From a virus (taxonomy: Duplodnaviria > Caudoviricetes): DNA of 54,848 bases. Numbering within the stretch: the stretch's first letter is position 1; each line of letters begins with the position of its first letter. A program made the translations under genes and the position numbers. The stretch lies in IMG/VR virus record IMGVR_UViG_3300031603_000004, positions 1-54,848 of that record; one strand, written 5' to 3'. This document shows positions 10,700 through 21,066 of this stretch, piece after piece. Below the pieces are notes generated by a model. That model was not told where the DNA came from. It saw only the letters and a program-made list of their open reading frames with translations, and did no database searches.

Positions 10700-11320
10700 A
10701 TGAAAAGTTTTAAAGAATATATAGAATTGAAAGAAGAAGTAGATTACGCAGAGCAGATTCTTAATGAAGATCCGTTTATATTAGCTGGAACAATTTTAGG
10801 ATATGCAGGAGCTGGTCTCCTTGTTGGATGGGCAGGAGCCCTTATAATTACTGGATATACCAAATTAGCGACTAAGTTTGTAGTAGGAGTTAAAAAAGCT
10901 TACAGTAGATTTATAAAAAAAGAAAAGTCTAGTAGTGAAATAGTTAAATCTATAAAAGATTTAAGAGTTGATTCTAAAGTTCAAATACAAAAGAACAAGA
11001 TGAAAGAAGAAGAGAATAAATATGTTGATGAATTCAAAGATGTATATGCTGCGATTAAGAAGAAGGATGCTGGAGTAGCAGGTGTTAAAATAAAAGAACT
11101 AAAACTTGATAAGAAACTCATAAATAGAATGGTGATTTTAGAAACCACAAAAACATTTGGAGAACCTCCACTTCATTACGGTAATACGGGGAATGATGCT
11201 TATTTATTCGTTAAGAAAGTGTTAGGGATCAAAGTAGCTCAAGCAGCTTCTTTTGTAGTAAAGAAAGCGTTTGAGTCAAAAGGAGCTGAGTTAGTTAAAG
11301 ATGTCGAAAAAGACGACTAA
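10700..11320 (+). CDS. Hypothetical virion-associated protein
   Basis: MKSFKEYI N-terminus typical of T4-like head-targeted proteins; late motif upstream; one hydrophobic segment. Confidence 0.55.
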   Translation: MKSFKEYIELKEEVDYAEQILNEDPFILAGTILGYAGAGLLVGWAGALIITGYTKLATKFVVGVKKAYSRFIKKEKSSSEIVKSIKDLRVDSKVQIQKNKMKEEENKYVDEFKDVYAAIKKKDAGVAGVKIKELKLDKKLINRMVILETTKTFGEPPLHYGNTGNDAYLFVKKVLGIKVAQAASFVVKKAFESKGAELVKDVEKDD

Positions 11321-12176
11321 ACAATTTATAATAGAGTCTCAAAATATTTTTGATAAATATGATTATTCTGAAGTTGATTACATTAACAACAAAACAAAGG
11401 TAGAAATAGTATGTAAAAAACATGGAAGTTTCTGGAAAACTCCTAATCATCACTTGAAAGGGCAAGGGTGTCCTGAATGTTCTAGTACTAAAAAGACACT
11501 CGGAAGATTTATATCAGAATCTAATAAAGTTCATAATTATAAATATATATACTCTAAAAGTATATATAAAAATGCTTTATCTAAAATAGAAATAATATGT
11601 CCAAAACACGGTAGCTTTTTTCAAAGAACAGAAGCTCATTTGAGAGGGCAAGGATGTTCAAAATGTAATTTTGAATCTCAAAACAAAACTACAAAAGAAT
11701 TTATAGTAGATGCGATTAAGGTTCACGGAAATAAATATGATTATTCAAAAGTTAACTATAAGAATAATTATACAAAAGTGAAAATAGTATGTAAAAAGCA
11801 TGGTTGCTTTTTACAGATTTCTAATAGCCATCTAAATGGAAGAGGTTGTCCAAATTGTAATACATCTAAAGGAGAGTTGAAAATTAAAAAATATTTAGAT
11901 AGTTATAACATAAACTATATTCAGCAAAAGACATTTAAAGATTGTAAATATAAAAGATTTTTAAAATTTGATTTCTACTTACCTGAAGAGAATGTTTGTA
12001 TTGAGTATGATGGGATACAACATTTTCAACCTATAAAATATTTTGGTGGAGAAAAGGCTTTTAATAAAACAAAAATTAGAGATAATATTAAAAATAACTA
12101 TTGTAATGAGAAGAATATACAATTAATAAGAATAAAATATAATCAAAGAAAAATAGGAGATAAGATATGGCTTTAG
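11301..12176 (+). CDS. Homing endonuclease (same family as 5276-6196)
   Basis: Three CxxHG/GCxxC repeats; FDFYLP...IEYDGIQH. Confidence 0.85.
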   Translation: MSKKTTKQFIIESQNIFDKYDYSEVDYINNKTKVEIVCKKHGSFWKTPNHHLKGQGCPECSSTKKTLGRFISESNKVHNYKYIYSKSIYKNALSKIEIICPKHGSFFQRTEAHLRGQGCSKCNFESQNKTTKEFIVDAIKVHGNKYDYSKVNYKNNYTKVKIVCKKHGCFLQISNSHLNGRGCPNCNTSKGELKIKKYLDSYNINYIQQKTFKDCKYKRFLKFDFYLPEENVCIEYDGIQHFQPIKYFGGEKAFNKTKIRDNIKNNYCNEKNIQLIRIKYNQRKIGDKIWL

Positions 12177-12565
12177 TAGTGCCAGATAGTGGCGAAGTAG
12201 AAATGTTAAAGAGAATTTTAAATGTAACAATAGCAGATCCAGATGTTGTTCTTAGGTTATATACAAATGATTATACCCCAATAGAAACATCAGTAGTTGG
12301 ATCTTTTACTGATGCAACAGGTGCTGGATATGCTCCTGTAACAATGACACCTGCAACTTGGACTATTTCTGGAGATCCAACAGAAGCAATATATTCTGAA
12401 ATAGAACTTGCTTTTACAGCAGCTGAACCTACAATTTATGGATATTTTCTAACAAATACAGCTGACAATACATTATTATGGGCAGAAAGATTTGTTGATG
12501 GCCCTTATGTAATACCAGCAGGTGGTGGATCAGTTTTTATCACTCCCAAAATTCAATTAGCATAA
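12167..12565 (+). CDS. Putative structural protein
   Basis: Acidic beta-rich composition in structural module. Confidence 0.55.
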   Translation: MALVVPDSGEVEMLKRILNVTIADPDVVLRLYTNDYTPIETSVVGSFTDATGAGYAPVTMTPATWTISGDPTEAIYSEIELAFTAAEPTIYGYFLTNTADNTLLWAERFVDGPYVIPAGGGSVFITPKIQLA

Positions 12566-12588
12566 TCAACAAATTGCTTTTAATGTTA

Positions 12589-12616
12589 GGGTAGGAATTA
12601 GTTCCTGCCTTTTTTT
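12589..12616 (+). terminator. Intrinsic terminator
   Basis: GGGTAGGAA-TTAG-TTCCTGCC followed by T-run. Confidence 0.8.
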
Positions 12617-12653
12617 GTGCGTAAAGATAATTATAACGATAGGAGAATATTAA

Positions 12654-13466
12654 ATGCAGTTTTCTGATGAAACACAACAATGGGTAGATTACCTATCTAA
12701 ATCTTATATGAACTATGCCGGAGAACCAATTAAAGTATTTAGATTAGATAAAGCAGTTACAGAGTTAGATGAGTTATATGGTGAAAGCAAAGTAGGAAGA
12801 ATTTACTTACCTCCTTTTGATATAAAATCTATTTATGATAATAATAAATGGGTTGGTTTTTTAGATGCTGGAGGATATTCTGAAAAAGAGGAAACACTTA
12901 CTATGTTTGTAAACTTTAATGAGATGGTTGCAAAACAAATGGATTTAAAGAAACAGCATGTAGTAGATTTATATGTTTCATATTCTGGTCTTGGAGTTCC
13001 TTCTATAGATAAAGTAGATAATATATTAACTTTATATATAAATAGTATTTCTGTTTTTGAGTTTGATTTAACTGATAGTTTATATTCTACAACCAAAAAA
13101 TTAGCAACACAGATTAGTTCAAAAGATAATTGGACAAGCAGAATTAAAGGTAAGAATGATTTAAGTATTCATTTAATTAACTTCAGTAAAATATCTTTTG
13201 TTCAAAGAGAAACTATGATCTATTCAATGGATCAAACATATAACAATATCACAGATGTAATTGAATTAGGTGATGTTATAATGACAGGTAGATATAGATT
13301 ATATGAAGTAACAGATGCTAGACCAGCAGGAGATTTTGGCTGGGAATATGCATTATGGCAATTAGGTTTAGAAATTTCGTCAGTTGATAGACTTCAACTT
13401 CCCGGAAATTATATAGAACAGATAAAAGCTAACACACACGGCTTGACAAAAATAAATATGGAGTAG
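12654..13466 (+). CDS. Neck/head-completion protein (T4 gp14-like)
   Basis: LDELYGES motif, GDVI...LYEV, synteny between gp13- and gp15-like genes. Confidence 0.55.
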   Translation: MQFSDETQQWVDYLSKSYMNYAGEPIKVFRLDKAVTELDELYGESKVGRIYLPPFDIKSIYDNNKWVGFLDAGGYSEKEETLTMFVNFNEMVAKQMDLKKQHVVDLYVSYSGLGVPSIDKVDNILTLYINSISVFEFDLTDSLYSTTKKLATQISSKDNWTSRIKGKNDLSIHLINFSKISFVQRETMIYSMDQTYNNITDVIELGDVIMTGRYRLYEVTDARPAGDFGWEYALWQLGLEISSVDRLQLPGNYIEQIKANTHGLTKINME

Positions 13467-13470
13467 TAGA

Positions 13471-13803
13471 ATGAAATTAGATAACTTACTAAATGAAGTT
13501 TCAAAAGAAATAACAGGACTATATACGATCATCGTTAAAGATGGTAATACATCAAAACGATTTACGTTTCAAAGTCATAAGATTGGTTCTTTAAAGAAAG
13601 AACTTAATAAAAATTATGGATCTAAAATAGTAACAAAGATAGCATCTGCTATTAAGAAAGCTGAATCAAAAGGAACATTAAAGTATTTTGCTAAAGATGA
13701 TTCTGTAGATTTTGAAGTATCTGGAGAAAAAGTAAAATCAGTATTCAAAGAAACAAGTGATCTTGCAGAAGAAAATATTGAAATTAAAAATTATGATGCA
13801 TAA
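13471..13803 (+). CDS. Hypothetical protein
   Basis: ORF with SD in late operon. Confidence 0.6.
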   Translation: MKLDNLLNEVSKEITGLYTIIVKDGNTSKRFTFQSHKIGSLKKELNKNYGSKIVTKIASAIKKAESKGTLKYFAKDDSVDFEVSGEKVKSVFKETSDLAEENIEIKNYDA

Positions 13804-14069
13804 TGAATATTCACAATGTACTAGCAGAATATGAAGATGCAATCATAGAAAAACTAAAAAAACTTCTAGTGATAATAGAAAAAAGTGATGCTGTAAAATC
13901 TGCAAGACTAACTGATAGAGAATTACATATAGAGTTTATTGAGCCTGTAGATATTGAAGGGCAAGATGTAGTTAATACTTTCATTCGTGGAGGAGCTATT
14001 AAGAAAACAGCAAGTAAAGATAATATAGATGATCAATATTTTGAGATACCGGCAATTGGAGATTTTTAA
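13803..14069 (+). CDS. Hypothetical protein
   Basis: TAATG-coupled ORF. Confidence 0.6.
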   Translation: MNIHNVLAEYEDAIIEKLKKLLVIIEKSDAVKSARLTDRELHIEFIEPVDIEGQDVVNTFIRGGAIKKTASKDNIDDQYFEIPAIGDF

Positions 14070-14680
14070 TGCCTAATTTAGTAGAACATTTTTTATTCAA
14101 GGAACAGTCAATCGCTGTGAAGAAATTCTTAGTAGACTCTCTTTGGTTAACACGATATCCAGCAGAATTAAATGTTGCTGTTTTTTATTCAACTCCAGAA
14201 AGGGCATTTTCTAAGTTAATAGCTCCAATTATTAACTCAAGTAATTTATACCCTACTGTTTCAGTTGTATTACAGAACATGGCACCAGCACCTAATCAAA
14301 CACCCGGAGGTTATTTTAAAAAGTATATACAGTCAGAAAGTAATGAGAATGTTTTTGAAGAGCATTTTCACCCTTTAGTATATGAATTAACATTTAGAGC
14401 GACAATGTGGACTTCGTTACAGTCGGATATGGATATATTATTATATCAGGCAATGGTAGCAGCACCACAAAATAAAAAGTATGCAACTACTGTCGATGGG
14501 CAGTGGTTAGAAATAGAAGTAAGAACACCGCAATCAGAAAGCACTTTAGATCCTGGAGATGCTAGAGATGTATCGTTACGATACGGATTTGACATCGTAG
14601 TTCCTAGAGCGTATCTGCCACTTAATTTTGAAGAATATTATGGTAGAATTAATGAGATTGATTTCCAATACGACGTATAG
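14069..14680 (+). CDS. Tail terminator / sheath stabiliser (T4 gp15-like)
   Basis: VFYSTPERAF, YP-x-SV, PLVYELTFRATMWT..QSDMDIL; directly upstream of sheath. Confidence 0.55.
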   Translation: MPNLVEHFLFKEQSIAVKKFLVDSLWLTRYPAELNVAVFYSTPERAFSKLIAPIINSSNLYPTVSVVLQNMAPAPNQTPGGYFKKYIQSESNENVFEEHFHPLVYELTFRATMWTSLQSDMDILLYQAMVAAPQNKKYATTVDGQWLEIEVRTPQSESTLDPGDARDVSLRYGFDIVVPRAYLPLNFEEYYGRINEIDFQYDV

Positions 14681-14696
14681 GGAAGGAGTTCTTAAA

Positions 14697-14846
14697 ATGT
14701 ACAAAATATTCAATAAAACTTACCAGCCAATAAGACTGGTAGGTAGAACAATATTGAAAAGAGATTTTATTTTAGTAAATATAGTAACTAATCAAATAAA
14801 GAACTTAGAAGATAAAGGTTTGTTATTTATTAAAAAAATAAGATAG
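14697..14846 (+). CDS. Small hypothetical protein
   Basis: SD AAGGAG before ATG at 14697; shorter than track ORF. Confidence 0.5.
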   Translation: MYKIFNKTYQPIRLVGRTILKRDFILVNIVTNQIKNLEDKGLLFIKKIR

Positions 14847-14886
14847 TAAAGGTAATTATAGATAATTTTTATGGAGGAAATTAATA

Positions 14887-16902
14887 ATGGCTAAATCACC
14901 AAGTATTTCAATTTTAGAACGTGACATGTCAGCTTATACAGTAACTTCTTCCGATACAGTGCTTGCGATAGTTGGATATGCTACCAAAGGCCCAATCGGA
15001 GTCCCTACTTTAGTTGAATCACGATCTAATTTTAACGATCAGTTTGGAACATCAGTTATTGGCTCACCTTATGCCGCCTTAGCAGCATATAGAGCTTTTA
15101 ATCAAGGTAACAAAATAATTTTTTATAGAGTGGCAAAAGTGGCAACTACAAAAGATGTAGTAGCAGATCCTTATGGAGCAATCGAAGCAGAAGTAATAGT
15201 TAAAAATATTGCACCAGCAACTTCAGCAACTATGGGATTAGATCTCGGAGCGGCTGTAATTGATCCAGTAACAAACGCAGAAACTTATAGTGTAATAATC
15301 ACAATTGACGGTGGAACACCAGTAGAAGCAATAGTAACTGCATCAGGTACAACTATGGCAGTAGCAGATGTAAGAACTGCAATTAACACAGCTTTAACAA
15401 CTGAAGGTTCTGGAGCCACAGCAGTTTTAGATACAGATATAATTACAATTACATCTGGAACTCTTGGAGCAACTGGAACTGTATTAATCGCATCTGGCGG
15501 AACAATCGCAGATAACGATTTAATCGGAATTGGTGGAACTTCACCTGTAGTCGCAACAGTAGCAGCAGCAGCAGGAACAGATAATGGAAGTGTAACTGAT
15601 AACGTTCAGATTATTGCACTTGAAAAAGGAACTTCAACAAACCTTATTTCAGTAGTTAAATCTACAAGATCAAACCCTGTTACAAACGCAGACGTTTATA
15701 AGATTGAAGTATTCTTCGACGGAATTATAAAAGAAACTTTCGATGATGTTTCTCTAACACTAGCGGATACTAACTATTTCGCAACTGTTATTAACGCAAC
15801 TCATGACAATGGAGGATCTGCATTAATCAACGTTAGACTTGGTGAAGTAGCAGACGCGCTTACAGCAATTTTTCAGGATGGAACTTATCCTCTTGGAGCA
15901 GGACTTGATGTTTTCGCATCGGGAGATGTTGAAGACTACGAAACAGCAATTTTTGATGAATATGATCACGTAGTTGGTAGAGATGGATTTGATTCAACAG
16001 ATTCAGCACTAGTAGCAACAGCAAATCAGGCATTATTTACAACAGCATTATCAACAACTGGCGAGTTAGGAAATATGGAAGCTTATGATTACCATATTCT
16101 TATTACACCTGATATGCCTGAAGAAGCAGTTCAAAACGCAGCTATTGTATTAGCAGAATTTAGAGAAGATTTTGTTTATATTTCTGATTCACCTATGGGA
16201 TTACTTTATGATGAAGTAATTGAATGGCATAATGGAACAGGAGCGCATGGAAGAACAACAGCACTTGATAGTTCTTACTCAATTCTTTACTGGAGTTGGT
16301 TAAAAGATTACAACTCAGACACAAAAGAATATGTTTGGTGTCCACCTTCTGTATTTATTGCAGAAAAATTAATGGAAGTTGATAGACTTTATGGCCCTTG
16401 GGCTGCACCAGCAGGAGACTTAAGAGGGAAAATAACAGCGGCAGATTATGAATTCTCACCTTCTTTTGCACAGAGAGAAATGTTATATGGTGACTTTAAT
16501 GCAGTTAACCCAATAGTTAATTTTGTATCTAAAGGTCTTGAAATTTATGGACAAAAAACTCTTGTTAGAGATAATTCTTCATTAAATAGAGTAAACGTTA
16601 GAAGAATGATTATCTTCGCTAAGAAGTTAATCAAAAAAGCTCTTGAGTCAATTATCTTCGAACCACATAATCCTGATTCATGGAGAAAAGCATCTAACTT
16701 AGTTACTTCAATCCTTGAACCAATTAGACAAGCAAACGGTATTGATCAGTATAGCGTTGTAGTTGACGACACTACAAATACTCCTGATGTTATTGCACAG
16801 AATATTATGAAAGGAACAATTAAAATTATTCCTATGAACACAATTGAAATTATTGAAATTACAATGCAAGTTCACAAATCTGGAGCTTCTTTAGACGAAT
16901 AA
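14887..16902 (+). CDS. Contractile tail sheath protein (gp18-like)
   Basis: SPSISILERD, GPIGVPTLV, PWAAPAG, NPI, YGQKTL, RVNVRR, FEPHN. Confidence 0.95.
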   Translation: MAKSPSISILERDMSAYTVTSSDTVLAIVGYATKGPIGVPTLVESRSNFNDQFGTSVIGSPYAALAAYRAFNQGNKIIFYRVAKVATTKDVVADPYGAIEAEVIVKNIAPATSATMGLDLGAAVIDPVTNAETYSVIITIDGGTPVEAIVTASGTTMAVADVRTAINTALTTEGSGATAVLDTDIITITSGTLGATGTVLIASGGTIADNDLIGIGGTSPVVATVAAAAGTDNGSVTDNVQIIALEKGTSTNLISVVKSTRSNPVTNADVYKIEVFFDGIIKETFDDVSLTLADTNYFATVINATHDNGGSALINVRLGEVADALTAIFQDGTYPLGAGLDVFASGDVEDYETAIFDEYDHVVGRDGFDSTDSALVATANQALFTTALSTTGELGNMEAYDYHILITPDMPEEAVQNAAIVLAEFREDFVYISDSPMGLLYDEVIEWHNGTGAHGRTTALDSSYSILYWSWLKDYNSDTKEYVWCPPSVFIAEKLMEVDRLYGPWAAPAGDLRGKITAADYEFSPSFAQREMLYGDFNAVNPIVNFVSKGLEIYGQKTLVRDNSSLNRVNVRRMIIFAKKLIKKALESIIFEPHNPDSWRKASNLVTSILEPIRQANGIDQYSVVVDDTTNTPDVIAQNIMKGTIKIIPMNTIEIIEITMQVHKSGASLDE

Positions 16903-16921
16903 TCTAAAGGACTATTATAGC

Positions 16922-16954
16922 AAAAAAAAGACACTCAATTGAGTGTCTTTTTTT
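16922..16954. terminator. Bidirectional intrinsic terminator between convergent operons
   Basis: A-run AGACACTC-AATT-GAGTGTCT T-run palindrome. Confidence 0.85.
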
Positions 16955-16967
16955 ATTTAAAGTTTTT

Positions 16968-17150
16968 TTACCAAGTCTTAGGACTTGCGTTGTCTTGGAT
17001 ATTAACTTGAAATCCAATTTTGGATTCAAGAGTATCTAAAACTAGAATATTAGCACTTTTTTTGTCGCCTTTTGCGTCTGCAATACTTACTTTAAAACCA
17101 TCTTTTACGTTAGCGGGTTCATCTAATTCGATTACTACTTGATTAGCCAT
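16968..17150 (-). CDS. Hypothetical protein
   Basis: ORF track. Confidence 0.55.
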   Translation of the reverse strand: MANQVVIELDEPANVKDGFKVSIADAKGDKKSANILVLDTLESKIGFQVNIQDNASPKTW

Positions 17151-17415
17151 GATTTATCTCCTCATCTGTATAAAATTCATTTTCGTCTATACTTATCTTT
17201 TCATTTAGCAAAAAGTAATAAATATCAATAGCTGATTCATTATTATTTCTAACTTCATCTATAATAAGATTATACATATCATCTATAATTCCACACTTTA
17301 AATCTGTTCCAAAATCTTCTTCTGGGAAGTATTCTTCGCAAAGATGCAATAATTTAGTACTGTGAGCATCTGTTAATGCTTCTTCTACGTCATTTAATAC
17401 TTCAGTTAATTCCAT
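17143..17415 (-). CDS. Hypothetical acidic protein
   Basis: ORF with SD AGGAG. Confidence 0.6.
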   Translation of the reverse strand: MELTEVLNDVEEALTDAHSTKLLHLCEEYFPEEDFGTDLKCGIIDDMYNLIIDEVRNNNESAIDIYYFLLNEKISIDENEFYTDEEINHG

Positions 17416-17553
17416 TTATTCTCCTATTCATTAAACCATTCTGCTAGTTTAAAAATTAAAACAATTGAAATTGCTGTAACTCCAACTGCAACATGAGGAT
17501 ATAATCCAGCTAAGTATATAATACCTAGCGTTAAAACACTTCCTATTATAAAC

Positions 17554-18798
17554 TTACCCATATAGTAGTACCTCATTTTCTTCAATATTAACTTCACAAG
17601 CTCCAGAAAGGAACAATTCCTCAAAGCATTCTTCACATAAAGTTTCTTTATTCTCTCCTACATAACTATTATCATCTGGTATTACATCTCTACATCTGCT
17701 ACATAACATTCTTCCAGAAATATAATCTCCCATATCTGTATTGCTTTCTATTAATGATTTCAATCCGTTTACATAATAATATAAAGATCCTTCATTGATC
17801 TTACCATTACATATAGAATATAGCCCTGATTTTTTATTGTCTACTTTCTTTAATTTTACTTTCTTATCTTCATAATAGAAATTAGATTCATCTTGATATA
17901 TATAGACACTTTCATCTTCTGTATTATACATAATGCCGATTGGATGTTTACTTTTCCAATTATTGCTTTCAAATTTTAAAATTTTATTGAAGATTATGTC
18001 TAATATATTGTTTTCCAATAGACCTCCTGGATACGATCTAACAGAGAATATCGTATCCATCTCTGTTATTATTCCCCAAGTCCTTGCAATAATTTTTTCT
18101 GCTTTTATTCCTTGATACTCTTTTTTAGATCCATCTGTTATATAAATTAGTAATCTGTTAGGGTCATTTATAAGTCCAGGAAATCCAGTCCAGAAACATC
18201 CTTCATCTTTAGTTTCTAAATCTAAGCAAGAAGTCCAAGTTTCAGTAGTAGCACTTAAAAACCAGTCGGAAAAATTCAGCGAGATTACCACTCTCAGTTT
18301 TTTATTAGGCATTTTATAAACACCAATTTTTTCTGTAATTTCTTTAAATGTTTTGTCAAATATTAAATCAAAATCATCTTTGTTATAAATATCCGGATAG
18401 TTAGACTGTAAAAATGAATAAGAATACTTATTGTTTTCTTTGTATAATTTCTTGATAGCCTTAAATAACTTAGTTTCATTCTTATTTATTGTAATCTTGT
18501 TTCTATTGAAGTTATCATAAGTAACTTTTAGATCGTCATACATAAACAATTCAGAAAAATATTCCTGAAAGAGAATCCAGCCGTTATCTAGTTTAGAGTA
18601 GTTTTCTTCATCAAGGTCAATGGACATCCTTAAATCATCATCAAGTAATTCTTTTAACTTGGGATCAATAAATCTTTCATTATCCGCATTGAACAATTTA
18701 CTCTTAAACTCTGTAACGCTTTCTTCTGTAAGGTTAAAGTGATTTTCTACTAAAGTTGAAATAATTTTATTATTATTAAAATCAACTTCTGTCATCAT
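17554..18798 (-). CDS. Hypothetical protein with C-terminal CxxC...CxxC Zn finger
   Basis: Start revised to ATG after SD AGGAGG; WTSCLD, CSRC...CEEC. Confidence 0.65.
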   Translation of the reverse strand: MMTEVDFNNNKIISTLVENHFNLTEESVTEFKSKLFNADNERFIDPKLKELLDDDLRMSIDLDEENYSKLDNGWILFQEYFSELFMYDDLKVTYDNFNRNKITINKNETKLFKAIKKLYKENNKYSYSFLQSNYPDIYNKDDFDLIFDKTFKEITEKIGVYKMPNKKLRVVISLNFSDWFLSATTETWTSCLDLETKDEGCFWTGFPGLINDPNRLLIYITDGSKKEYQGIKAEKIIARTWGIITEMDTIFSVRSYPGGLLENNILDIIFNKILKFESNNWKSKHPIGIMYNTEDESVYIYQDESNFYYEDKKVKLKKVDNKKSGLYSICNGKINEGSLYYYVNGLKSLIESNTDMGDYISGRMLCSRCRDVIPDDNSYVGENKETLCEECFEELFLSGACEVNIEENEVLLYG

Positions 18799-18929
18799 TC
18801 CTCCTAATTTTTTAGTGTCCCCAAAATAAAAAAAGTGTAGCAAAAAAAATAATTGTTCACAAGTTTGAAGGGGGATAAACAAACTGATCTTTTGAACAAT
18901 CGCAGCTACACTAAAATTATTATATTATG

Positions 18930-19112
18930 TTATGAATAGTTTTCTCTTGCCCATTTGTCAAGCAATATTATGTCTGCTTGCATTGCAACAAGATCATCTT
19001 CATGGACAACAATAGTCCAATTATATCCTTTTGAATTTTTAGTTACTTCCATTTTATATTTACTAGCGGCAGGAATTAATTCTCCGCCTTCCTTTACTGC
19101 TATTTTTTCCAT
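18930..19112 (-). CDS. Hypothetical protein
   Basis: First gene after promoter 19129-19157; SD AAGGAG. Confidence 0.6.
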   Translation of the reverse strand: MEKIAVKEGGELIPAASKYKMEVTKNSKGYNWTIVVHEDDLVAMQADIILLDKWARENYS

Positions 19113-19153
19113 AATTTCTCCTTATATTATTATACCAAATTATTCTTTTTTTG

Positions 19154-19435
19154 TCAAGCAAAAAGATCTATAATAACTCCTGTCTGTTGCATACCTACCT
19201 TTTCGGTAATCTTCTCTCCATCTTTATAGAATACTATAGTTGGTATTGAACTTATTCCAAATAACTGAGCCAATTCACTTTCTTTCTCTACATCTATCTT
19301 AACAACTTTAATGTCGGTAGTATTCTCTATATTTTCCAAAATTGGTTCCATCATCTTGCATGGCTGACACCAATCAGCATAAAAATCAAAGATTACTTTG
19401 TTGTTTGCTCTTATCGTTGCGTCTATGTCTATCAT
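19154..19435 (-). CDS. trxA: Thioredoxin
   Basis: DFYADWCQPC, SIPT. Confidence 0.9.
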   Translation of the reverse strand: MIDIDATIRANNKVIFDFYADWCQPCKMMEPILENIENTTDIKVVKIDVEKESELAQLFGISSIPTIVFYKDGEKITEKVGMQQTGVIIDLFA

Positions 19436-19647
19436 TGTTATCTCCTTTATATTTCTTAAAGAAAAACATCAAGAAAAAACCAATACCAAATAGCATAAAA
19501 TAAATAATACTAACTACAAACATAACTACTACAGGGCCCCACCAAATAGATGTTACTATTATTATCCAATGTAGAGAGATAATATTAAAAAATTTTAATA
19601 TAGTTAATAATGATATTGTTAATATTGAAACTGTTACCATTATCTTA

Positions 19648-19887
19648 TTAGCTAGTTTTTGAGTTAATTCTTTTCTCATCTTCCTTTCCCATATCATCTA
19701 AGAATTTTCCTGTAATAGAATCTTTAACTATTGCTGCATTAGCTATTCCAATAGAATCTAATACTTTATAATACATAAGAATGGTTCCATCATCCATACT
19801 TCTCACATCAGTTACTTTCCATTGTTTTCCATAAATAGAAATATTCTTATCTATATATGTCTTATAAAATTTTAAATTATACTTCAA
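19648..19887 (-). CDS. Hypothetical protein
   Basis: ORF track. Confidence 0.5.
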   Translation of the reverse strand: MKYNLKFYKTYIDKNISIYGKQWKVTDVRSMDDGTILMYYKVLDSIGIANAAIVKDSITGKFLDDMGKEDEKRINSKTS

Positions 19888-20317
19888 TCTTCTTTACCGT
19901 TTTAATACTGATAACTTCTGCTTGATCTATATATGTTATTTCTTGTCCGTTCTTTGTCATATACTCTTCACTGAGCTTTTCATAAGCTCTCAGGTTTCTC
20001 TCGTATGATCCTTGAACTCTTAACTGATTTTTCTCAAGATCAAACTCAGGACTTATTATTTGTCTAAATGCGATTGTTTCATTCGCAATAACTTCAATAA
20101 TTGTCCTTTCCCCGCTCTCCATAAAATCACCGAATACAAAATTATCCTCTGGATATTCGCTTGATAGATGTTCATACATTGCCTCTACTATTTCTTTATT
20201 ACCGATTTCTTCGATATAGATTTCTTTACAGGGTTTTTCTTCACTAATGCTTTTTTCTTTACTGGTGCCTTTTTCTGTGTCTGACATTTTTCTTCTCCCT
20301 CTTCCTTTTTTTTCCAT
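19877..20317 (-). CDS. Hypothetical protein
   Basis: ORF track. Confidence 0.55.
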   Translation of the reverse strand: MEKKGRGRRKMSDTEKGTSKEKSISEEKPCKEIYIEEIGNKEIVEAMYEHLSSEYPEDNFVFGDFMESGERTIIEVIANETIAFRQIISPEFDLEKNQLRVQGSYERNLRAYEKLSEEYMTKNGQEITYIDQAEVISIKTVKKIEV

Positions 20318-20581
20318 TTTATTTCTTTTACTTTTGTTAAGTTTGGCTTGTTGTCCTTAAAGTCTTTCACACTCCATTCTTCTTTCTGGGTTACACCAGA
20401 TTTGAAGTAGTGAGTTACAGAAAACCCCTTAGTTACTTTCTTTACTTCTACAAATGTTTCCGGATTTTGAAATCTCGGCTTGCACTTATACGTTCCTTCC
20501 ATTAATATAAATCCTTTATTTTATCGTCATAGATAGTATCACTAAATGTATCGTTCTGTCTTTTCATTGGTTTTGTGTTGA

Positions 20582-20648
20582 GAACCTAGGTGAGACTCGA
20601 ACTCACCAATCGGATTTTGGAGATCTGATTCCGCCCTGCGGCTAAGTT
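20582..20648 (-). tRNA. tRNA-Trp(CCA), compact non-canonical fold
   Basis: AACTTAG/CTAGGTT acceptor; D-arm CCGC-AGG-GCGG with no connector; loop CTCCAAA; T-arm GTGAG-TTCGAGT-CTCAC. Confidence 0.75.
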
Positions 20649-20673
20649 ATGAAATATTTCGCCTTTACTTTTT

Positions 20674-20748
20674 TGACTCCCCTCGGAGTCGAACCGAGAC
20701 ATAAATTGCGTCTAAAACAACCTCCTCTGCCAATTGGGATAGGGAGCC
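20674..20748 (-). tRNA. tRNA-Leu(TAG), short variable loop
   Basis: Cloverleaf, anticodon loop TTTAGAC. Confidence 0.85.
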
Positions 20749-20754
20749 ATGAAA

Positions 20755-20845
20755 TACGGATAGTGGGGATCGAACCCACGGTGTTTACCATCTAGGGTAT
20801 AGGATTTTAAATCCTATGCGTTTCAACCATCTTCGCCATATCCGC
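20755..20845 (-). tRNA. tRNA-Leu(TAA)
   Basis: Cloverleaf with long variable arm, loop TTTAAAA. Confidence 0.9.
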
Positions 20846-20971
20846 AAAAATATGAATATCCAAACCATATGATATTCAGTCAATGTTTTCGCATTGAATT
20901 TTTCGTACTAAACCATCTACTCTACTAAAGCTTGATTATTAGGTACTTTCCTGGGTCTTAGATTCCGGAAG

Positions 20972-21055
20972 CGGGCAGAAGAGGTGTCGATCCCCTACGC
21001 TTTCACGCATACGAATTTTCAAGATTCGGTGTCAGTAGCCGCTGACATTCTGCCC
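20972..21055 (-). tRNA. tRNA-Ser(TGA), possible 8/4 fold
   Basis: GGGCAGAA/TTCTGCCC, loop CTTGAAA, long variable arm, G73. Confidence 0.8.
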
Positions 21056-21066
21056 AAAATAAAATA

